Part shown: positions 27,444 to 34,878 of the stretch, piece after piece
How the letters are laid out: the number at the start of each line of letters is the position of its first letter
Position numbering within the stretch: position 1 is the stretch's first letter
From: a virus
Lineage: Duplodnaviria; Heunggongvirae; Uroviricota; Caudoviricetes
IMG/VR virus record: IMGVR_UViG_3300046804_001959
Direction: 5' to 3' (one strand)
DNA: 64,000 nucleotides
The notes under the pieces: generated by a model
Database searches by the model: none
What the model saw: the letters and a program-made list of their open reading frames with translations, nothing else
Told to the model about the DNA's origin: nothing
Position numbers and translations under genes: made by a program

Positions 27444-27992
27444 ATGAATCTAGACTTGATGATCATCGATAACTTCTACATCAACCCTGATGCCGTCAGA
27501 GCGTATGCTCTGACCCAAGAATTCGATGTAACTGGCAACTATCCAGGTAAAAGAACAAAATCATTCCTCACAGACGACGTCAAACAATGCATTCAAAACT
27601 GGATGTGGTTTGCTGGTCCTGTGACCAATTGGCACGAAGACTCTGGTTACACTGGAGCGTTTCAGTATGCTACCGCATTGGATCGTACATGGATCCATAG
27701 CGATCATACAAGTATGTGGGCAGCAGTATGTTACTTGACTCCTGATGCACCTCCTACCGCGGGAACTGCCATCTATCGTCACAAAGAATCTGGTGAGTAT
27801 CGTTCGGCCGAGAACATCTATGAAGGATACGACTATACTAAATGGGATCGAATCGACGTCGTAGGCAACAAGTACAATCGACTCGTGATCTATCGTGGTG
27901 ACTTGTTCCATGCCAGTCTCGACTACTTCGGCAAGGATCTGTACGATGGTCGTCTTTTCCAGACGTTCTTCTTTGATACGGAGACTTACTGA
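27444..27992 (+). CDS. 2OG-Fe(II) oxygenase-like protein (DUF6445-like)
   Basis: IIDNFY.NPD.VR, NYPG.RT, HxD (IHSD), AAVCYLTP, NRLVIY...LFH, GRLFQTFF. Confidence 0.8.
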   Translation: MNLDLMIIDNFYINPDAVRAYALTQEFDVTGNYPGKRTKSFLTDDVKQCIQNWMWFAGPVTNWHEDSGYTGAFQYATALDRTWIHSDHTSMWAAVCYLTPDAPPTAGTAIYRHKESGEYRSAENIYEGYDYTKWDRIDVVGNKYNRLVIYRGDLFHASLDYFGKDLYDGRLFQTFFFDTETY

Positions 27993-28765
27993 TGAAAGTA
28001 TGTAAGATCATCTGGTCGACGAATCGGCTTGAGTACTTGATCCCAACTCTGAAGTCTCAGAGAGATATGCTAGACTTCAGCCACTGTGAAGTCGAAGGGA
28101 TCTTTATCGATGACATGCCAAAAGGTAGGCATGACGGAACGATGTACGAACTGGCTAAGAACTTCGGCTACACTGAAGTGATTCTGCATCAACAGAACAT
28201 GGGACTTCCGTATGTATGGAACAGCACGTTCGATCTTCTGAAAGAAAGAGACTATGACTATGTCTATCTGTCAGAGGACGACGTTACGTTCAACCATCCA
28301 GTGAAGGTTCTTGATCTCGCCCAGATCTTACACGACAACAAGACGTTTTCTCAGGTATGCTTGACTCGTCAGAAGTGGTATGACCATGAAGAAGAGACTC
28401 AAACCTTGGAAACTGATATCATCTTCGATTCAAGACACAACGTATCAACAGAGTATAGAGCAGAGCTTTCTGATGCATATTTCTGGAGTCTTGCTAGTTT
28501 CTTCTCAAGAGGAATAGCTGATATTCCACATTGTCAAATCGTAGGTGAAAAGAACCTCAGCGAATATGTTGTGGCCACGTCTTTGAAACAGATGAACTTG
28601 AAAACATGCAAGCTCAAGAGTTCAGAAGGAAAGAATCTTGTCACGCACATCGGAGAGTACAGCATAGGAAAGAGAGCTGAGCCTGGTGACCCGCGTTGGC
28701 AAGACTTTGCTGCTTTCGAACCAGAAAAAAAGTACAGCTCTCGACACGGAAATAAGTGGAACTAA
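27992..28765 (+). CDS. Glycosyltransferase, GT-A fold
   Basis: FIDD after the first strand; YDYVYLSEDD (DxD-like); coupled to the upstream oxygenase. Confidence 0.75.
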   Translation: MKVCKIIWSTNRLEYLIPTLKSQRDMLDFSHCEVEGIFIDDMPKGRHDGTMYELAKNFGYTEVILHQQNMGLPYVWNSTFDLLKERDYDYVYLSEDDVTFNHPVKVLDLAQILHDNKTFSQVCLTRQKWYDHEEETQTLETDIIFDSRHNVSTEYRAELSDAYFWSLASFFSRGIADIPHCQIVGEKNLSEYVVATSLKQMNLKTCKLKSSEGKNLVTHIGEYSIGKRAEPGDPRWQDFAAFEPEKKYSSRHGNKWN

Positions 28766-29340
28766 ATTTCATCCCAGAAATTAATAAGAATGCTCTTTCT
28801 GGTTCCGCGCGTGAGTTGATTGATCCAATGATACCATCTACTGCCTTCAAAGTAGATCACATCTCCGGCAATAGGCTTATAAGTTTCGTAGGTGTAGTTT
28901 AGCAGTTCTTTCATCAACGCTTCGGGTGGATGTATCTCGTACTCATAGTCTAACCAACTACGGTGTGAGATGCATAGCTCTCCGCCTTCCATATCTTCTG
29001 CTTCGAGATAGCACGAGATAGTGATAGGCGACATCAGTTTTTCTGGAGGTATCTTATGCCCTTCAGCTAACTTCAGTCTCAACTTATCGTTGAAGTCTAC
29101 ATGAGGCCAAAGACTGTCGTTAACTGATTGCTGCTGAAACCAAAACTCTACGTATCTCTTATCACAGCCAAAACCTTGCCTATCGAGAAACTCTACGATG
29201 GCTTTTTCTGTGTCTGTCTCGGGATTGTTGAGGTCGAAGTAGTTCGTGGTAGCAGTAACTCCGTTCAGAAGTATGGCTCGAAGATCGTCTTCTAATCGAT
29301 CAAACCTTATAATCTTCGAGGTTCCATGGTACATTATCAA
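28762..29340 (-). CDS. 2OG-Fe(II) oxygenase-like protein
   Basis: WPHVD (HxD), ISCYL...EGGEL, YHW.......RKSILIN (distal His and RxS). Confidence 0.7.
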   Translation of the reverse strand: MIMYHGTSKIIRFDRLEDDLRAILLNGVTATTNYFDLNNPETDTEKAIVEFLDRQGFGCDKRYVEFWFQQQSVNDSLWPHVDFNDKLRLKLAEGHKIPPEKLMSPITISCYLEAEDMEGGELCISHRSWLDYEYEIHPPEALMKELLNYTYETYKPIAGDVIYFEGSRWYHWINQLTRGTRKSILINFWDEI

Positions 29341-30010
29341 ATCTTTCTGCTATAAACTTCACGGCTTCTAAGTTCTTATTCGACATTCCGAACTGCTTGA
29401 TGAAAGAAGATGGGATACGTTTCTTATAGTATCCTTGATTGACAAACTTCGAACAGTCTGCTTCTTTACTAGTTATATCGAGTCTTTCGCATATAGAGTT
29501 TAAGTTTTCTTGTCGAAAAAAATCTTCATAAAAGAAGTACAACGGCTTGTCGAAAACGTTGTCGAGAGCCTGAACCGTCTTTTTGTACTTACATGCAAGA
29601 TGATTTTTTACGAGGAACATCGGTGCTTTTGATAGTTTAGATCTACCTCCGCCCAACATATTCCAAGCTGACCATGCTCGTCTTATCGGATCTCTCATGA
29701 TATAGACGGGGACGACTTCGATTCCCCTCTTCTCGAACTCATCTTTGTACAGACGAAAGATATTTTCTGTAGATCCTTCATAGTGTGTAAAGTCTCCAGT
29801 CACCACGTTTAGATTTGAAATGTAATCGAAGAAATCAAAGATGTTAGACCTGAATTCTTTATACCCTTCAAGATCAGGAACAAGATCATCACGCTGAATG
29901 AGGTTCAACTCTTTTCCGAGATCAATATATTCAGTATGAGCTCTAAAATATTCATAAAGCCAAGTAGTACCAGATTTTTCTGCACCTACACATAATAAAA
30001 ATTTTTTCAT
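29300..30010 (-). CDS. Sulfotransferase family protein
   Basis: 5'-PSB motif GAEKSGTTWL, KEL, GDFT..Y, 3'-PB motif MRDPIRRAWS. Confidence 0.8.
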   Translation of the reverse strand: MKKFLLCVGAEKSGTTWLYEYFRAHTEYIDLGKELNLIQRDDLVPDLEGYKEFRSNIFDFFDYISNLNVVTGDFTHYEGSTENIFRLYKDEFEKRGIEVVPVYIMRDPIRRAWSAWNMLGGGRSKLSKAPMFLVKNHLACKYKKTVQALDNVFDKPLYFFYEDFFRQENLNSICERLDITSKEADCSKFVNQGYYKKRIPSSFIKQFGMSNKNLEAVKFIAERFDNVPWNLEDYKV

Positions 30011-30549
30011 ATATTCAGTACGACTTTAATATTTACTACTGGGCCGTTGTCTATTTCTTCAATGATCTGATAGTGTCCTGCATACTGACGTGACCTGATA
30101 AATCTATGCATTACTGAGTTAGTCGGAATATTTCTATACAGAAGCTTCGTTATGCCGAGTTCAGCGTATAATCTGTTTCGATCTAAACGAGCTTGCTCGG
30201 TGTAGTAGAAGTTGCGAGATCCATTCTCATCTGCGGCAGAGAAAGAATGTCTACCATCATGAGTGTCTCCGTCAATAATAAACCCACATGCAAGGCTCAT
30301 ATCTTTCCCGGTATCAATATCAGTGGATTTAATAGCAAGATACTGATCTCCTGCATGATGAAAGTTCAATCCAGGCCATTCATTATTGAAACCGCTGTTC
30401 ATCAAGTCAATGAAGATTTGCTTTCTTTGTGCATCTGTAAACGGAGAGTCGCTAGGCCAGCTGGCATCAATAGCAGACTTTGATCTTTCGTAGAGATCAT
30501 CGAAGTCAATTTCCGACAGACTCGTGATTACACTGTGTACAAGATTCAT
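30007..30549 (-). CDS. Hypothetical protein in enzyme island
   Basis: 180 aa, 4-nt overlaps to both neighbours. Confidence 0.7.
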   Translation of the reverse strand: MNLVHSVITSLSEIDFDDLYERSKSAIDASWPSDSPFTDAQRKQIFIDLMNSGFNNEWPGLNFHHAGDQYLAIKSTDIDTGKDMSLACGFIIDGDTHDGRHSFSAADENGSRNFYYTEQARLDRNRLYAELGITKLLYRNIPTNSVMHRFIRSRQYAGHYQIIEEIDNGPVVNIKVVLNI

Positions 30550-31271
30550 TTCTTAACCCTTTTAGTTCCTACGGCATTTGCAACATAATCTAGCCATCCT
30601 TCTCCGCTAGTATCAGTTGCATGTTCATGGTGCCATTTGTGATGATGCTCTCCGCCTGTCAAGATTCCATACCACGATGGCATCTTTTTCGGACCATTCT
30701 CATCATGATTCAACGTTGATATCGAAAGCGTAAACAAAGAGATCCCAGTAGGGACTACAAAGAGAAATAAGAAAGCGTTCAACGATACGAATAGTAGTAA
30801 GAACGGTACAAGAAGCAGAGGCCAGTAGTAGTCATGATAGAACCTCGTGATCTTGTTCTTACTCAGTCTTACCATCGTTCGAAGATCTCCCGTTTGTCGA
30901 TCTACCCAAAACAAAGGGAACATGGCTTTCCAACCAAGGTACTTCGGTGAGTGTGGATCCTTCTCTGTATCCATGTATTTGTGATGGTTGACATGAGTAG
31001 CACAGAAGTCGATCGGCGATGATATACTACCATAAAAGCCAAGCCCTGTACATATAAATTCGACTACAGGATGCATAGTATGTGTGCGATGCCCATGAAT
31101 ACGATGATACGTTACTACTGCACCTACACAACGCATGAGGAAAAACATGACCAAGGATGCTAACACCCACGGCCATGAGAAATACGTTATAATTGCCCAA
31201 ACTGCAATGATAGGCATTATCAACTGAAGAACAAACAGATGATAAGTTCTATCAACGTTCTGTAAAAACAT
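30546..31271 (-). CDS. Membrane fatty acid desaturase (delta-9/DesC-like)
   Basis: Three His boxes YHRIHGH, HVNHH..D...DPHSP, GEHHHKWHH; two hydrophobic membrane segments. Confidence 0.85.
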   Translation of the reverse strand: MFLQNVDRTYHLFVLQLIMPIIAVWAIITYFSWPWVLASLVMFFLMRCVGAVVTYHRIHGHRTHTMHPVVEFICTGLGFYGSISSPIDFCATHVNHHKYMDTEKDPHSPKYLGWKAMFPLFWVDRQTGDLRTMVRLSKNKITRFYHDYYWPLLLVPFLLLFVSLNAFLFLFVVPTGISLFTLSISTLNHDENGPKKMPSWYGILTGGEHHHKWHHEHATDTSGEGWLDYVANAVGTKRVKK

Positions 31272-31782
31272 CGTGTATTGCTTTCTTTATTACCGATCCA
31301 TGTCTATGACTGTCTAATAAAGGAGTCTGTGTTCCACTCATTCCAAAATAGTCTTCATACCATACGATATTACATACATACTTATCAATGTAGGACTTTA
31401 AACCAAAGTAGTCGTATACAGTAAACTGTATCTCTTTCAACAACACTTTCGTGTCGATATCAGGATAAAGCTTCAACATAAAGTTGGCATAGCTCATAAA
31501 AGCATCGAGCATGTTCTTTCGTAAGATCACATAGTCTGCTTTATCTACTATCAGATATGATGATTTATTTATCATCATGATACTACTTTTCTTATCGTAG
31601 ATAAGATCGGCGAATGCATTCGGAGTAAAATCATGTTGATATTTTGTCTCGTGATACTCCGCCTTCTTGTTAGAGAACATATAAAGTGGGTTTAGTTCTC
31701 CTACGAATGGAATGCCGGTCTGATCTTGTAAGTCAAGACAAAACGCAGTAGCTCCGCACCGAGGAAGCGAGCATACGATCAT
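31252..31782 (-). CDS. Sulfotransferase-like P-loop protein
   Basis: N-terminal VCSLPRCGATAF...GELNP resembles the PRSGST PAPS-binding loop; ILRKNMLDAFMS. Confidence 0.5.
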   Translation of the reverse strand: MIVCSLPRCGATAFCLDLQDQTGIPFVGELNPLYMFSNKKAEYHETKYQHDFTPNAFADLIYDKKSSIMMINKSSYLIVDKADYVILRKNMLDAFMSYANFMLKLYPDIDTKVLLKEIQFTVYDYFGLKSYIDKYVCNIVWYEDYFGMSGTQTPLLDSHRHGSVIKKAIHDVFTER

Positions 31783-32798
31783 TCATCATCTTTCATGAAC
31801 AACGCCGGAGGAAGAGCGTCGTTTTGTGTTGGTTCTTTCTTCATTTCAGTAAAATGATTTGATTTACCAGGAACATCTAAACTATATGTTCGTGACTGTT
31901 CTTCGATCTCGAGATTAATAAAATCAATTCCAAACTCTTGTCGAAACGATTCTAGCATATCTTCACGACAAGTATCTAAGTACTTCTTCCATTGCAGTCG
32001 ACCTATTTCAGAAAGTCTCTGTCTACGTCTTGCTCCAGCTGGTTCTGGTACATTATTTTTTGTATGCCAAGTTTTAGTGTCTGCTAAGTGGTATGAAACC
32101 ATTTTACTATGATGGAACATCTTATAACCGGCTGCATACGACATCATGGCCATCATTACCTCTTCACCTTCGAAGAAGATCTTCGGATCTAATCCGACGT
32201 TATCTACCCAATCTTTATGAGTAAAGAAATTTCCAGCCATAATATGAAACGCAGGTTCAGGCATTTCAGTTGGAGAAATAGGATCTCCGTGTACTGTTGG
32301 AATCAAAGTATCTGGATCGATAGTATAGTATCGTACTTTACATGCCATATCTTCTTGCTCAAGCAAATACGTCTTAATCTCATCTCCATCTATCTGAATA
32401 TCGAACCCTTTACACGAACCAGTAATGACGATTTTATTTGTGCCTGAAATATCCATCGCCCTCTTATAGTCTTCGATCAGCGAACGATCCCAATGCTGAT
32501 CATGTAAAATATGCGAATCGATCTGATAGATGAAATCAAACTCATCTGTCACGTTCAACATGTTTACGTATCTTGCCCATACACATCCATCTGAATATTC
32601 AGGATCGATTCTTTTGTAGATCACGTCGTTGCGGCCTACTAATACGGGTTCTGTGCATGCAAGAGAATCTTCGTAACGAGTCTGTTCGAAGATCGAGTAC
32701 ACGACGTTGTTTCTATTAGATTTGGTTTGCATCATACTCTTGATAGTATGCGGCAGCAATGGATCTTGGTAAGAACAGATCGAAACGAAAATATTCAT
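31779..32798 (-). CDS. Glycosyltransferase resembling hydroxyproline N-acetylglucosaminyltransferase (Skp1 Gnt1 / GT60-like)
   Basis: IFVSICSYQDP..T, SIFEQ, GCVWAR, YQIDSH...WD..LI, AGNFF, FFEGEE motifs. Confidence 0.75.
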   Translation of the reverse strand: MNIFVSICSYQDPLLPHTIKSMMQTKSNRNNVVYSIFEQTRYEDSLACTEPVLVGRNDVIYKRIDPEYSDGCVWARYVNMLNVTDEFDFIYQIDSHILHDQHWDRSLIEDYKRAMDISGTNKIVITGSCKGFDIQIDGDEIKTYLLEQEDMACKVRYYTIDPDTLIPTVHGDPISPTEMPEPAFHIMAGNFFTHKDWVDNVGLDPKIFFEGEEVMMAMMSYAAGYKMFHHSKMVSYHLADTKTWHTKNNVPEPAGARRRQRLSEIGRLQWKKYLDTCREDMLESFRQEFGIDFINLEIEEQSRTYSLDVPGKSNHFTEMKKEPTQNDALPPALFMKDDE

Positions 32799-33535
32799 TA
32801 TTCACTCTCTTTGTCTATTTTAAAAATTTTCTTGGTTCTCATGAACTTTCGATAGTATTGTTTATCATCTCCAGGAATTAGGTTTTTGACTTTATCTACC
32901 TGTTCTTCTGTACCCGGACCGACTGATGCCGTAATAGTTTTATTCAAGAAAGGCATTACATGTAAGAGGGGTTCTCCTGCTTTAATATGCACTTCGCACT
33001 CTCTTCTCGGCATACAAATAAAATTTACCACATGAAATTTGTTATAGTCGACTATACCAGGAATTACATGTAAATCTTCAAAGTGAGATCCATGATACGT
33101 GGCAGGCATAACCATGGCGCTAATGTCTTTTCTGGCGAAGATTTTCCAAGGTGATGGGAATAGAATAGCAGTAGCAGGGACGTTTTCCACTTCGAACGAT
33201 CCATCTAACAAACGCGGATCCATATGAACCCCGGGTTCGAATCCTCGATCACCACGTGTTGCGTTATCTCCAATATACCATGAAACTCCAGCCTTATTTG
33301 CCAAAATATGAATATCTACCCATGCTGGAATAATATATCCATACTGTGAATAGTCCAAAATACCTGGACATCCTGGCATTAAGTGTTTTCCATATTTGTC
33401 TAGTTGAGTGCGATATGTATTCGTCTTAACATCACATGCCCGTTCTACTGTAAAGTTGTAATACGAAAGACGTTTAGAATCTACAAATTCCAAATCTTTT
33501 TTTGATTGAAACCACGATGAAAAGGGATTCTTCAT
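32798..33535 (-). CDS. Conserved phage protein (DUF6065-like, dUTPase-like beta fold suspected), paralog 1
   Basis: CPGILDY...GYIIPAW.D; F.SPW; PGIVDY; I.AGEPL. Confidence 0.6.
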   Translation of the reverse strand: MKNPFSSWFQSKKDLEFVDSKRLSYYNFTVERACDVKTNTYRTQLDKYGKHLMPGCPGILDYSQYGYIIPAWVDIHILANKAGVSWYIGDNATRGDRGFEPGVHMDPRLLDGSFEVENVPATAILFPSPWKIFARKDISAMVMPATYHGSHFEDLHVIPGIVDYNKFHVVNFICMPRRECEVHIKAGEPLLHVMPFLNKTITASVGPGTEEQVDKVKNLIPGDDKQYYRKFMRTKKIFKIDKESE

Positions 33536-34269
33536 TTTCTTGCGGCCCTCAGTTCGTCAGTATAAACTTTTCTACGAGTATTTTGCATCTTCATAATCAT
33601 ATCGATATGATAACGTTCTTTATCTGTAACGCTTCTTATCACGGGCTTCGAAGGTACTGCATCTCTCTTGATCGGAATAGCTAAGATCAGTGGAGTTCCC
33701 GCAGGTAGCAAATCATCGAAGTTAGGAGTATTCCATATAGCTGGAAAGTTAACTTCTTTTGGATAGACATCAGTATCCACGAGGCCCGAAAGACACGTGA
33801 AATGATTATTCATATTATTGATCAACGGAGTGAAGAGAGTCGACCAGCCCGGTGCTGTCTTTACGATCCACGGGTTAATGAACTTGAGAGGAGGAGCTGG
33901 AAATCCAGGAGCGGTTCTCTCTCCAAGTTGACGAATATCATGGAACTCACAGACGTTGATGTTTGGAGAAGATGTGACTTCGATTGTGCTGCAATCGTGA
34001 TTTGATTTTACAGAGAGATCTGCTATCAAGGGAATAACATATCCAAGAGACATCGCATCCAACATAGGCATGCACTTCTTGGCAGTAAACGTATGAGCTC
34101 CGTATTGATCTCGATCGTTATTACCATCGTTGATGACCGGAGGGATTTTCTTGTACCACTCTGGAATGTATTTGGCTGCAGGTCGAGGATGTGGAAGAGT
34201 AGCTACATCATCGCGATGACACATGAACTCAATGATAGATTTCTTCTTAAAAGGATTCCAATTCAACAT
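33532..34269 (-). CDS. Conserved phage protein (DUF6065-like), paralog 2
   Basis: KKCMPMLDAMSLGYVIP; KFINPW..KTAPGWSTLF; GLVDTD; AGTPL. Confidence 0.6.
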   Translation of the reverse strand: MLNWNPFKKKSIIEFMCHRDDVATLPHPRPAAKYIPEWYKKIPPVINDGNNDRDQYGAHTFTAKKCMPMLDAMSLGYVIPLIADLSVKSNHDCSTIEVTSSPNINVCEFHDIRQLGERTAPGFPAPPLKFINPWIVKTAPGWSTLFTPLINNMNNHFTCLSGLVDTDVYPKEVNFPAIWNTPNFDDLLPAGTPLILAIPIKRDAVPSKPVIRSVTDKERYHIDMIMKMQNTRRKVYTDELRAARK

Positions 34270-34856
34270 TCTCTTTCACCCATTACCCATGCTACAAGAC
34301 TTCTACGTAAACCTGATGTGACAGGTGCTACACGATGCGGCATCCATGAAGCAAAGAAGACCATATCACCTTTATTGGGTTTAAACGAAACCTTATTTTC
34401 GAGATTACCGTTATTGACTATTTCAAGCTCTCCGCCTTCGTATTCGCTTGGATCAGAGAGTATGAGAACCATCGAGATTTTACGAACCCATTTCTGCCAA
34501 CCAAACTCTACATCCCAGTGCCATGTATAGTGCTGATTCGGACCATACTTGGTATACTGAAACGCATCGACTCCATCGATGTTGTACATGAAGTTATCAT
34601 AGTTGACGGCAGAAGTGATGCTAGCTATTCGATTGAATAGCCAGTCGCTATGTTGATCGTGATGGATCCATGAGATATCTGAATCACGAGTTTCTGGAGG
34701 AGCATCTACATTTTCATCCAGACCTACTTTTCCCTTTTCAAACTGTTGAAGTTTTTCAAGATCGATGATCTTATCAACTTCTTCTGAAGTAAATCCTCCA
34801 GTCCATACTGCGAAACAGTTTAACTGCTTCCCATACTTAGGAATATTATATGGCAT
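34263..34856 (-). CDS. 2OG-Fe(II) oxygenase, prolyl 4-hydroxylase-like
   Basis: FQYTKY....HYTWHWD, RKISMVL.LSDP.EYEGGEL, PHRVAPVTSGLRRSLVAW. Confidence 0.9.
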   Translation of the reverse strand: MPYNIPKYGKQLNCFAVWTGGFTSEEVDKIIDLEKLQQFEKGKVGLDENVDAPPETRDSDISWIHHDQHSDWLFNRIASITSAVNYDNFMYNIDGVDAFQYTKYGPNQHYTWHWDVEFGWQKWVRKISMVLILSDPSEYEGGELEIVNNGNLENKVSFKPNKGDMVFFASWMPHRVAPVTSGLRRSLVAWVMGEREC

Positions 34857-34878
34857 ATTAAATCCTCTATCAATTCAC

